This document shows, one piece after another, positions 39,696 to 48,989 of a stretch of 64,000 nucleotides of DNA. The DNA comes from a virus. The stretch is from positions 17,656 to 81,655 of IMG/VR virus record IMGVR_UViG_3300032241_002336, one strand, 5' to 3'. Numbering within the stretch: the stretch's first letter is position 1; each line of letters begins with the position of its first letter. A model generated the notes under the pieces. It had not been told where the DNA came from. It ran no database searches and saw only the letters and a program-made list of their open reading frames with translations. The position numbers and the translations under genes are program-made.

Positions 39696-41336
39696 ATGAT
39701 AAAAAAAAATACAAATGAATTTATTAAAGAGGCCAAAAAAGTACATGGCGATAAATATGACTATTCATTAGTTGAATATAAAAAAAATAATCTTAAAGTA
39801 AAAATAATATGTCCTATACATGGTGAATTTGAACAGTCTCCGTCTAAACATATAAATGCTAAACAAAATTGTCCTAACTGTAGTAATGAAAAAATACATA
39901 ATAAACAAAGAAAAAATATAAATGATTTTATTAAAGAAGCTAAAAAAATTCATGGAGATAAATATGACTATTTTTTATCAAAATATGTTAGTTATAACAA
40001 AAAGATAAATATTATTTGTCCAATACATGGTGAGTTTAATCAAACACCAAATAATCATTTAAATGGTAAAGGATGTAAATATTGTGGCGGTACTTCAAAA
40101 TTAGATACCAAATTATTTATTATTAACGCTAAAAAAATACATGGGAATAAATATGACTATTCTAAAGTAAATTATATAGACGCAAGAACAAATATAAAAA
40201 TTATATGCCCAAAGCATGGAGAATTTGAGCAATCTCCAAATAATCATATTTCAAAAAAACAAGGTTGTTATGATTGTTTGGGTAAAATCTATGATACTGA
40301 TAGTTTTATTAAAATTTGTTCTTTAATACATAATAATAAATATAATTATTCTTTAGTTGATTATGTAAATTCAAGTACAAAGGTTAAAATTATATGTTCA
40401 GAACACGGTGAATTTGAGCAAAGGTGTGATACCCATAGAAACGGAGCTGAATGCCCTAAATGTTTAGATATTGGACAATCAAAAAACGAAATAAATTTAT
40501 ACCAATATCTAATATCCATATATAAAAACGAAATTATACAAAAAGATAGAAGTATTTTAAGTAAACAAGAATTAGATATCTATATTCCAAATAATAATAT
40601 TGCCATTGAATATAATGGATTATACTGGCATAACGAATTAAATAAACCATCAAACTATCATCTTAATAAAACAAAATTATGTGAAGATAAAGGAATCAAA
40701 CTTATTCACATATTTGAAGATGAATGGATACATAAAAAAGATATCGTAAAAAGTAGATTAAAAAATATACTAGGATTAACATCTAATAAAATATATGCAA
40801 GAAAATGCATTATTAAAAATATTGATACTAAATTATCAAAAGAATTCTTAAATACAAATCATATACAAGGACATGTTAATTCAAGTATAAAATTAGGATT
40901 ATATTATAATGATGAATTGGTTAGTATTATGACATTTGGCTCTCTAAGAAAAACAATGGGCAAAAATAAAATAGACGGTTCGTATGAATTATTAAGATTC
41001 TGTAATAAATTAGATACTACAGTAATCGGAGGTGCTAATAAACTACTTAGTCATTTTATTAAAAATTATAATCCAAATGAAATAATAAGTTACGCTGATA
41101 GAAGATGGTCCAATGGTAATTTATATGAAAAATTAGGCTTTGAATTTAGTCATAATAGCAAACCAAATTATTGGTATGTTAAACAACTTAAAAGAGAATA
41201 TAGATTTAAATATAGAAAAAATATTTTAGTTAAAGAAGGTTATGATCCTACTAAAAGTGAGCATGAAATAATGCTTGAGCGTGAAATATATAGAATATAT
41301 GACTGTGGAAATAAATGTTATAAATTAACCATTTAA
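39696..41336 (+). CDS. Hef-like putative homing endonuclease: four zinc-binding repeats, PD-(D/E)XK domain, C-terminal GNAT/Mom-like domain
   Basis: Four KY(D/N)Y..IIC.(I/K/E)HGEF.Q...H...C..C repeats; ELDIYIP..AIEYNGLYWH; LLRFCNK..GGANKLL..SYADRRWS.G.LY..GF; RIYDCG. Confidence 0.85.
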   Translation: MIKKNTNEFIKEAKKVHGDKYDYSLVEYKKNNLKVKIICPIHGEFEQSPSKHINAKQNCPNCSNEKIHNKQRKNINDFIKEAKKIHGDKYDYFLSKYVSYNKKINIICPIHGEFNQTPNNHLNGKGCKYCGGTSKLDTKLFIINAKKIHGNKYDYSKVNYIDARTNIKIICPKHGEFEQSPNNHISKKQGCYDCLGKIYDTDSFIKICSLIHNNKYNYSLVDYVNSSTKVKIICSEHGEFEQRCDTHRNGAECPKCLDIGQSKNEINLYQYLISIYKNEIIQKDRSILSKQELDIYIPNNNIAIEYNGLYWHNELNKPSNYHLNKTKLCEDKGIKLIHIFEDEWIHKKDIVKSRLKNILGLTSNKIYARKCIIKNIDTKLSKEFLNTNHIQGHVNSSIKLGLYYNDELVSIMTFGSLRKTMGKNKIDGSYELLRFCNKLDTTVIGGANKLLSHFIKNYNPNEIISYADRRWSNGNLYEKLGFEFSHNSKPNYWYVKQLKREYRFKYRKNILVKEGYDPTKSEHEIMLEREIYRIYDCGNKCYKLTI

Positions 41337-41719
41337 ACATTAATTATGACAAAATCATCAATATCAAATACATTATCAGATATTGTATATTTTAAAGTAA
41401 TTACAGCGGCATAATCGCTATTTGTGGCTGGTGTAACTGTTAAACTTGTAATTATTAGATTTGGTAGATACTTTTTAACTGAAGTTTTAACAGCATCTGT
41501 TATATCTGATAATGTTTTTGAATCATTTGGTTCAAATATAAATTTTAATAAATCTGTTCCAAAATCTGGATTATATAGTCTCTGGCCTTTTCTTGTTAAT
41601 AATAGATGCATGAGATCGGCTTTGATAGCTTTTTGGTTATCAGCATTTAGATTTAAAAAAAACCCCTGTGGACTATTTTTAAACGGATAATCAATATTTA
41701 TATATCTAGTATTTGACAT
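41333..41719 (-). CDS. Baseplate protein, gp25/GPW-like
   Basis: IKADLMHLLLTRKGQRLYNPDFGTDLLKFIFEP. Confidence 0.9.
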   Translation of the reverse strand: MSNTRYINIDYPFKNSPQGFFLNLNADNQKAIKADLMHLLLTRKGQRLYNPDFGTDLLKFIFEPNDSKTLSDITDAVKTSVKKYLPNLIITSLTVTPATNSDYAAVITLKYTISDNVFDIDDFVIINV

Positions 41720-41772
41720 TATAACAATTTAATTATAAATATAATAGTAATTGTTTTTTAACATAAATAAAT

Positions 41773-41800
41773 AAAAAAGGGCTCAAAAGAGCCCTTTATT
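41773..41800. terminator. Intrinsic terminator downstream of the nrdJ C-terminal gene
   Basis: AAAGGGCTC-AAAA-GAGCCCTTT with A/T runs on both sides. Confidence 0.8.
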
Positions 41801-41821
41801 TTTTTTAAAAAAAATTAAAAA

Positions 41822-42622
41822 CTAGACTATTAAAACTTCACAACCACCACTTCCACAAGCTATTTCTCCGCTTAGATTTGTGGAATCAGTTACTTCAATA
41901 ACTTTAGTTAAATCAATATCTGATATATGTTCTATCATTTCTTCATACGTTTTTTTGGTACAATCAGTAAATGGAGCTTGGATATATGTTCCACCATCAT
42001 ATGGTAATACGGATATACCATTAAATGAGTTTCTATTATCCCACATCCATTTACCTACATTTGGCCATTCATTTATTTTAAAAATAATATTTTCCTTTTC
42101 ATCTTTTCTATCCTCCAAAATTGGAAATCCGTTAGAATCTATTATTGGTAATCCATCATCATTTAGTTTAGTTACCTTTTCTGATTCTTTTTTAATACTA
42201 ACTGTTACGCTGACATTATGTGTATTTTCACCATCCCTATGTCCGCCTCTAACCCATTCAATATTAAATCTTTTAACTCTCTCTAATAAATTCATTGGAG
42301 ATTCAAATCTTAAAATAGAACCTTCTGGTGCTTTAACTGGTAATGAAATAACGGCTTGGTCCTTTGGCTTAAAATATTCATCTTCAACTAATTCTGGATG
42401 ATAAATTGATAAATATGTATAAATTGCTTCATTCTTACCTACACGTATCCTTCTAATATAATAATCATTATGCCAAGCATGAATTCCTGATGCCGTACCT
42501 AGAACGAGAGAACTTGTATTATGTACTACAGCTTTATTTTCTAATTGATAAGAGTGTGTTTCGTTAACCTCAATATCTACAGTAAACTTAGCTTCTCCCT
42601 TTTTAATTGATTTAATTTTCAT
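41822..42622 (-). CDS. nrdJ: Class II ribonucleotide reductase, C-terminal part, preceded by a split intein C-fragment
   Basis: 35-aa IntC (…VDIEVNETHSYQLENKAVVHN), then TSSLVLGTASGIH, HNVSVT, GISVLP..YIQAPF, C-terminal CGSGGC. Confidence 0.92.
   Translation of the reverse strand: MKIKSIKKGEAKFTVDIEVNETHSYQLENKAVVHNTSSLVLGTASGIHAWHNDYYIRRIRVGKNEAIYTYLSIYHPELVEDEYFKPKDQAVISLPVKAPEGSILRFESPMNLLERVKRFNIEWVRGGHRDGENTHNVSVTVSIKKESEKVTKLNDDGLPIIDSNGFPILEDRKDEKENIIFKINEWPNVGKWMWDNRNSFNGISVLPYDGGTYIQAPFTDCTKKTYEEMIEHISDIDLTKVIEVTDSTNLSGEIACGSGGCEVLIV
42518..42622 (-). mobile_element. Split intein C-fragment (35 aa)
   Basis: Block F TVDIEV..HSY and block G VHN/T; basic N-terminus KIKSIKK. Confidence 0.9.
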
Positions 42623-43767
42623 TTTTTTAAATTTTTATTTATAAATACTATTATGTTTTCTAAAACATTATTTTTATTTGAAATATATTCTGCCTCTTTA
42701 ACTCTTTTAACTATTAGATTATTATCATTATATATTTTATTTTTTAATTCATCACGTATAATTGTATTCGGTAAAGAGTGCCAATAATCACCATCAAATT
42801 CTATTATTATATTACATATTTTTATATCTGGAACAACACAATATGTTCCATATTTATCATAATCAACATTAATATAAAATGGTTTAGTTATTGGCGAACC
42901 GTGAAATTTTTCCTTAATATCATCAGAAATTAAATTATAAATACTCTGATTAAATTCAAGTTCAATATTTGAAGAAAAATCGGGAAAATTTGAAAGTTTG
43001 GATTTTAATATTTCTTGATATTTTATTTTACCTTCCGCTTCACCATATTTTTCTATAAAATAATCTAATCGCCCACCATTACCTTTTTTATAACAAACAT
43101 CTTTATATTTTTCCAACCCCAAAATTTGACCATACTTTTCAATATAATATTGTTTAGTGTTTTTAAAAGCACGAGTTAAATTAATATTATTAAATTTTTC
43201 TCTTCCGTCTTTTTCACCATATTTTTTAATAAAAAAATTTAAATCTCTAATTTGTCTTTTACTAACAATATTTTTAGCTTCTTCCTCAGAAATATTATGA
43301 TGTTTCATCACTGACTCATATTTAAATGGATTATAATGTTTTTCCATCTTATTTTTATGTTTTTTAACACCATTATCAAAACCATATTTATGAATCATAC
43401 TATTTAAATCTGTTTTTGAGTTATCTCTATGTTTTGTGCGTATTTTAATGATTTCATCATCTGAATATCCATTAGATTTAAGACTATTAACACTTACAGA
43501 TAACCTACTATTTTTATCATAATAACGCTTAGTTCCTTCTTCCTGACCGTATCTTTTAATAAATCCATCTAATGTATTTTTAACTTTATCAATTTCTCTA
43601 AGTTCATTATATCGTTTAACACCATTTTCATAGCCAAATTTAAATATTAGTACTTTTAATGATGATCCTCTCATAAGATTCCCACATCTCTTTTTACCTT
43701 TTTGTTCACCGTACAAATGAATTAAAAATCTTCTTAATCTATTAATTTTTTCCATGTTTTTTTTCAT
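42619..43767 (-). CDS. Free-standing Vsr-like/PD-(D/E)XK endonuclease between the split intein halves
   Basis: About seven (Y/F)G...G..(K/R) repeats; C-terminal SSNIE..PDIKICNIIIEFDGDYWH..RD; ATGA overlap with the IntC gene. Confidence 0.85.
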   Translation of the reverse strand: MKKNMEKINRLRRFLIHLYGEQKGKKRCGNLMRGSSLKVLIFKFGYENGVKRYNELREIDKVKNTLDGFIKRYGQEEGTKRYYDKNSRLSVSVNSLKSNGYSDDEIIKIRTKHRDNSKTDLNSMIHKYGFDNGVKKHKNKMEKHYNPFKYESVMKHHNISEEEAKNIVSKRQIRDLNFFIKKYGEKDGREKFNNINLTRAFKNTKQYYIEKYGQILGLEKYKDVCYKKGNGGRLDYFIEKYGEAEGKIKYQEILKSKLSNFPDFSSNIELEFNQSIYNLISDDIKEKFHGSPITKPFYINVDYDKYGTYCVVPDIKICNIIIEFDGDYWHSLPNTIIRDELKNKIYNDNNLIVKRVKEAEYISNKNNVLENIIVFINKNLKK

Positions 43768-43768
43768 A

Positions 43769-43824
43769 ATTAAACCTCCGTTTATATTATAAATATAAAG
43801 TATTTATATAAACGGAGGTTTAAT
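43769..43824 (-). promoter_or_regulatory. RBS-sequestering hairpin with a putative late promoter in the loop
   Basis: Perfect 19-bp inverted repeat (43769-43787/43806-43824) containing GGAGG; the 18-nt loop contains TATTTATA on the minus strand. Confidence 0.85.
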
Positions 43825-43832
43825 GGTAAAAT

Positions 43833-46800
43833 TTATAAGTTATAGTCAATAATATCATCATCAATTGTTAGTTCATCGGCTCTAACCCAATCTCTATTTT
43901 TTGTTAAAAATTTATGATTACCAGTTACAGATACAACTAAACCATCTTCAAATTCTATATCATAAGTTTCTTCAACTCCATTAATGAATAATTTATCAAT
44001 TTGTTGCCATTTATTATCCTTATCTTTAACTTTAATATCATCATTAACACCTAAAAATATTTTATTCTTATCTTTAAATTCATTTAAATTATAACCATTA
44101 ATTTTAAAAATTTCCTCTAAAGATAAAATACCTTTATTAGTAATAATTTTAGTCTCTGGTACGACACAACCGCTTGGTTTAACTGTTGTAGCTCTAGCCG
44201 CTTTATTAACACCAATTAATTTAGCTACTCTAGCGTTTTCTTTAAGAACAACTTTAGACGCTGATTCTAAATCATATTTTAATATCTCACCACTACCAAT
44301 ACCAGTCATACCGACACCAATTAATGCTTCTTTTTCTGTTGTTCTTCTCCAAATATCTCTTAGGTAATGAAAATTAGTATAACTAGCTTGTAGAGTACCA
44401 ATAAATGATGCGGCTTTTACTCTTTCTTCTAAATCTTCTTGTGAAATAATATCTGAAACATTTACCTCACATAAATTACAGAATTGAAATGGTCTTAAAC
44501 CAATTTCGCAGCATGGATTAGTGCCATAATCTTTATCATTACTGAAATAAACGCCTGGTTCACCACTACCGCTATCTTCAATTTTTTTCCATAATTGTAA
44601 AAATTTATCTTCAGTAATTTTATGCCTAAGAATAACGGCTGAATTATTTGCTCTTCCTCTTTGTGGATTTAATTCCCACCAAGCACCAGATTTACATGAT
44701 AACATTTCTTCATCATCCATTGAAAATAATGAAATCAATGCTGCTCTACGAATACCACCAGTTAATACAGCATCAGCTATAAAACAATTATGGGCTATAC
44801 CAGACATTGTTTTAAAATTATGATTGTCCTCTACATCAATACAGTACGATGTTTTATATTTTCTAGCGTTTGATTCATCCATTGATTCTATCATTAATAC
44901 TCTAAGGTATAAAGGTATCTTTTCATAGTTTAAAATATCCAACTCAAAATCACTAATATTAGTATCGATTTTATCATTAGAAATCTTATATCGCATACAT
45001 TTTGGTATGTATTTACTAATTAAAGATATAAATTTTTTTGTGTTTTCAACATTTAATCTTAGCCTGTAATGTATCGTTGAATATTGCTCATATTCAATTT
45101 TATCAATAACAGAAGAAATATTAAATTTGTTTAACAACATATTAGAAATTTTTTCAACATCACTATAGGATAAATTATATGTTGAGAATGTAATATAGGG
45201 ATGTCTATTGCCTGTTGCAGAATGTAAAGAACCGTCATCCATATACCAAAAAGCCAGTCCAATTGGATTAAGTCTTTTTAGCCACTCTTCTGTGATTGAT
45301 TTAACGCCATCCACATAACAATAATTATATAGTTCAGAAATAGCATACGTTGATTTACTTCTTACCGTATTTAGATTAGTATTATACTTCCTTTCAGATA
45401 TAACAGTATTTCTTTCATAGGAAAACTTATTTCCCAATAAATCTCGATTACTTAATATTTCAGCTATATAATCAACATATTCTTTTTGCTTATCTGTATG
45501 TGATGTTACAAAATATGCTGTTCCCTGTTTAATTATCGACCCATCACCCAATGTCGATCCCAAAATCATTTGTTCTAATAATGTATCATTTCCATATTCA
45601 CCAATGTTGATATAGTCATTATTTGTTAGATCTTGAATCTCTTTATATCCCTCTTTGGTTAACATTTTATGATTATGAGTAAACCATCCACCTAAAACAC
45701 CATGTTTTCCATTTCGTTGATGTTCGAAGTGAATTTTTTTCCAATCTCCTTCTTCATATTTATTTTTATACCATCCAGTGATTTTTTTAGGTTCAAAACT
45801 ATTAGTATCCTCATTAAATGACATAACCTCACAATCCAATTTATTTTTTACAACGTTTCCAATCTTTTCCCAACTTCCATCTGCTAACAAAATTAAATTA
45901 TCGTGATGTAGACAAACAATATCATGAGCTTCTATTGGCTGTAATTTAGAACCATCTTCTTTTGTATCCAATATTTTTTTAATATTATGAATACAGTCTT
46001 TTAGTGGCTGCGGACCTGGTGCTCTACCACCGCTAGTTACCAATAATGCACCTTTTTGTCTAATGTCTGAATAATCAAATTCTGGAGTCGATAAGCCTTC
46101 AAAATACGCTCTCATTAGTATTTTGATAGCATCAGCCCATCCTTCAATACTATCGCCAACAAGAAACCTTCTTGTACGTAATGGATTTGGTTTTCTTATT
46201 TCAGGTAATTGTTCGACATGATGTTTCTGTACTGAAAATCCAACACCAGTACCTCCCAATAATAAGAACATAGTCTCACTGAATGCTCTATAATCATCAA
46301 CTGGTAAATATGCGCAATTCCCAGTCACAATACCTCCACCCAAAACAAAACTTTTATCATCTTCAACCTCAAGACACCAAACTGGTTCCATATGATGCGT
46401 TTCTTTTATTTCAGATGCAGACCATGATGTGTTTGGTCTGCTTCCTATATTATTGGTTATACTATATTTATATGTTTCTGGCCTTTCCCCATAATTAGTT
46501 ATTTGACCAGTTAAATCTTCTTTATTTGTTATATAATAACCACAAACGTCTAAATGATCTTCTAAAAATTTTTGATGAATTAAATCAGAAGATTGGATTT
46601 GTTTATATTTAGATAAGGTATTATTTTCATACCAATCAGGATTTTTATATGCATCTGCACATAGATATCCATCCATAAATGCTTTAACCATTTCCAAACC
46701 ATCTTCTTTAATTGATGGGGCAGTTTTTAAATATTTACCAGTATATACCATAATATCTCCCTGAATACTATTGGGTTCTGATGACTCAAAACCCATTTCT

Positions 46801-47501
46801 TTAAATCTATAAAGATATTTCATTGCTTCATCACCGCATAGCCTAACCATTGAATATTTCGGTTCCCCGTCTTTTCTTAATATTGAGCCGTCTCCAAACA
46901 CATAACCATAGCACCAATATAATCTTTCCATCGGACTTGCGGAATTATAATCAAAATTTTGATTTCTTTTTGTTGGATATAATGGTTGATTAATTTGCAA
47001 ATCCAACGTTTCCGTACCATCAAATAATATCCACCTATGATTCGCAGTTGCCCTTATTTTTTTTATGCTTTTTCCTCTTTTAAATGTGATTATATTTAGT
47101 TGCTGATTACCATAATTTCTAACCACGGCTTTTTTAAATAAACCCTTATGTGTTAAAACGGTTACTTCATCACCATCTTTAAAATCATTAAATGATTTTA
47201 AACCCTCACTTGTTATAAATTCAGTTTCTACACCGAAACAATTGAAAATTCTATTTGGGCTAATTTCAATTGGTTTTCCTCCGAATTGGAGTGATCTCAT
47301 TGATGGTAATACTTTTTTTTCGTAAACTAATTCATAAGCTTTTTCAATTTCATCAATTAAATTTGGAAATTTTTTAATGTGCATTTCCTTGTTTCTCGTT
47401 ACTAATTCTTCCCATGTTTCTCTTCTTTGCAATTCGGGGATATACTTGGCGTATTTCATATACACGGTAATATCCGACAAAATCTTTGTTGATAAATCCA
47501 T
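43833..47501 (-). CDS. nrdJ: Class II (B12-dependent) ribonucleotide reductase, N-terminal part, with two cis inteins and a terminal split intein N-fragment
   Basis: RETWEE, LPSMRSL, FN/C, GTGVGFS, GGIRRAALI, GEPG, GTNPCCEI, FCNLCE, TTVKPSG. Confidence 0.93.
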   Translation of the reverse strand: MDLSTKILSDITVYMKYAKYIPELQRRETWEELVTRNKEMHIKKFPNLIDEIEKAYELVYEKKVLPSMRSLQFGGKPIEISPNRIFNCFGVETEFITSEGLKSFNDFKDGDEVTVLTHKGLFKKAVVRNYGNQQLNIITFKRGKSIKKIRATANHRWILFDGTETLDLQINQPLYPTKRNQNFDYNSASPMERLYWCYGYVFGDGSILRKDGEPKYSMVRLCGDEAMKYLYRFKEMGFESSEPNSIQGDIMVYTGKYLKTAPSIKEDGLEMVKAFMDGYLCADAYKNPDWYENNTLSKYKQIQSSDLIHQKFLEDHLDVCGYYITNKEDLTGQITNYGERPETYKYSITNNIGSRPNTSWSASEIKETHHMEPVWCLEVEDDKSFVLGGGIVTGNCAYLPVDDYRAFSETMFLLLGGTGVGFSVQKHHVEQLPEIRKPNPLRTRRFLVGDSIEGWADAIKILMRAYFEGLSTPEFDYSDIRQKGALLVTSGGRAPGPQPLKDCIHNIKKILDTKEDGSKLQPIEAHDIVCLHHDNLILLADGSWEKIGNVVKNKLDCEVMSFNEDTNSFEPKKITGWYKNKYEEGDWKKIHFEHQRNGKHGVLGGWFTHNHKMLTKEGYKEIQDLTNNDYINIGEYGNDTLLEQMILGSTLGDGSIIKQGTAYFVTSHTDKQKEYVDYIAEILSNRDLLGNKFSYERNTVISERKYNTNLNTVRSKSTYAISELYNYCYVDGVKSITEEWLKRLNPIGLAFWYMDDGSLHSATGNRHPYITFSTYNLSYSDVEKISNMLLNKFNISSVIDKIEYEQYSTIHYRLRLNVENTKKFISLISKYIPKCMRYKISNDKIDTNISDFELDILNYEKIPLYLRVLMIESMDESNARKYKTSYCIDVEDNHNFKTMSGIAHNCFIADAVLTGGIRRAALISLFSMDDEEMLSCKSGAWWELNPQRGRANNSAVILRHKITEDKFLQLWKKIEDSGSGEPGVYFSNDKDYGTNPCCEIGLRPFQFCNLCEVNVSDIISQEDLEERVKAASFIGTLQASYTNFHYLRDIWRRTTEKEALIGVGMTGIGSGEILKYDLESASKVVLKENARVAKLIGVNKAARATTVKPSGCVVPETKIITNKGILSLEEIFKINGYNLNEFKDKNKIFLGVNDDIKVKDKDNKWQQIDKLFINGVEETYDIEFEDGLVVSVTGNHKFLTKNRDWVRADELTIDDDIIDYNL
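43836..44168 (-). mobile_element. Split intein N-fragment (111 aa)
   Basis: Starts CVVPETKI after KPSG; block B VTGNHKFL; WVRADEL; acidic end, then a stop codon. Confidence 0.9.
44787..45914 (-). mobile_element. Cis intein with LAGLIDADG endonuclease (376 aa)
   Basis: HDIV/CLHHDN…FTHNHK…ILGSTLGDGS…LAFWYMDDGS…CIDVEDNHNF..IAHN/CFIAD. Confidence 0.92.
46317..47240 (-). mobile_element. Cis intein with LAGLIDADG-like endonuclease (308 aa)
   Basis: RIFN/CFGVET…ATANHRW…GYVFGDGS…DGYLCADA…VWCLEVEDDKSF..VTGN/CAYL. Confidence 0.92.
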
Positions 47502-47513
47502 TTTTTTTATTTT

Positions 47514-48947
47514 TTATAAATTATTATTATTTCCTGAAACATTATTTAATTGTTCTAAAACATTTCTTCTTTTATTTTTTTCATTTAAATGTCTGGCGAT
47601 AATATTTTTACTCTCAGCACTAATCGCATCATTATGTTCCGTTCTTGTCCTAATATTGCTATGAGGATTCATTTCTATTTGTATTTTACTATTATCAAAT
47701 ATTATATTCTCAAACATAACACCGCTTTTACCAAATCTAGATTTTATTATAGCCATATTAGCTGTATTATTATCTTTCTGCTCAAGACCCTTAGCTATAG
47801 AGACTATAAAGTGCCCAATTTGGGCTTTTTTAATTGACCCACCCATTTGGTCACCTTCAACAATTTCAGCCCTAATACTGCTGCGATTACCTTGTACAGC
47901 TGTCCAACCAACCATATCATATTCAGATAGCATTGACTCAAATTCCCTCATTACTTTACCCTCACCTACATTAGGATCATCTACCTTTTTGGAGGGTTCA
48001 ACACAATCAATATAATCCAATAATATTATATCTGGTTTAAAACCCTGTGCTATTTGTTTTCTAATGTATTTTTTAATTGTTGACATTGTTGTACCATCAC
48101 TAGGAAATCTTTTTAGTTTTAGTAACCCACTTTCTTTACTCTTTTCTTCAACAATTTTTTTAATTAAATCTTTATGATATGATAATTCATTTAGTTCAAT
48201 TCCAGACCAACAGGAAAAATGTTTTCTTTGTATTATTTTTTTATCATCTTCAAAAAATATTTGAAGAACATTTTTACCCATATTTTTAGCTGTATTGGCT
48301 ATTTTGGTAATCATTGTGGTTTTTCCAACCCCTGTTGCGGCAAGTATAATCCCCAATTCACCCTTAGACAAGCCACCATCCATTATTTCATCTAATCCTT
48401 TAATACCCGTTGGTATTGGATCTCTATAATCATCACACAATACAGAATCTAAATTTTCAAAAACATTTATACTATCATCTTTGTTAGTACCATGATCTAA
48501 CGCTTTTCTGAGAATTTGTTCACACTCATCATATTTAGTAATATCATTTTTTTCTATGATAGTATGAATTTCTCTGACAGCTTTTTTTAATTCTTGGGTC
48601 TGACAAAATTTCATACCCATTTTTTGAACTTCTAAACAATCATTAAGTTCAGCATTCTTAATTTTTTCAACAAATTCTATATTGAATTTATTTTTTAATT
48701 CAGTTAAACCATTATTTTTTATTCTAAACTCAAGACTTCCAATATCTGGAATTATATTATCTTCTTGATACGCTTCTTTAATCGTAGCTAAAATTAACTT
48801 AAAAGCATTTTCGCCAAAATAATCTGGTTTTATAATATCAATAATTGATTCGCCAAATTTTTTATCCAATAAAATTTGTGCTATCAATCTTAATTTAAAA
48901 TTTTCCCCCAAATAATCTAAACTAGCCTTTTTCGAATCATTTGACAT
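47514..48947 (-). CDS. dnaB: Replicative DnaB/gp41-like helicase
   Basis: IPTGIKGLD..GGL, Walker A AATGVGKTT, FFE, LLDYID, TAVQGNR, KSRFG. Confidence 0.92.
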   Translation of the reverse strand: MSNDSKKASLDYLGENFKLRLIAQILLDKKFGESIIDIIKPDYFGENAFKLILATIKEAYQEDNIIPDIGSLEFRIKNNGLTELKNKFNIEFVEKIKNAELNDCLEVQKMGMKFCQTQELKKAVREIHTIIEKNDITKYDECEQILRKALDHGTNKDDSINVFENLDSVLCDDYRDPIPTGIKGLDEIMDGGLSKGELGIILAATGVGKTTMITKIANTAKNMGKNVLQIFFEDDKKIIQRKHFSCWSGIELNELSYHKDLIKKIVEEKSKESGLLKLKRFPSDGTTMSTIKKYIRKQIAQGFKPDIILLDYIDCVEPSKKVDDPNVGEGKVMREFESMLSEYDMVGWTAVQGNRSSIRAEIVEGDQMGGSIKKAQIGHFIVSIAKGLEQKDNNTANMAIIKSRFGKSGVMFENIIFDNSKIQIEMNPHSNIRTRTEHNDAISAESKNIIARHLNEKNKRRNVLEQLNNVSGNNNNL

Positions 48948-48989
48948 AACACACTTTTTTTTTAAAAACTTGGATTTTTATAAATATCT

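Noticed and set aside
42619-43832. Group I intron or sequencing frameshift explaining the broken nrdJ
   Set aside because: Only 65 nt of non-coding sequence, mostly one hairpin; intein motifs sit exactly at both breakpoints and each ORF has its own start
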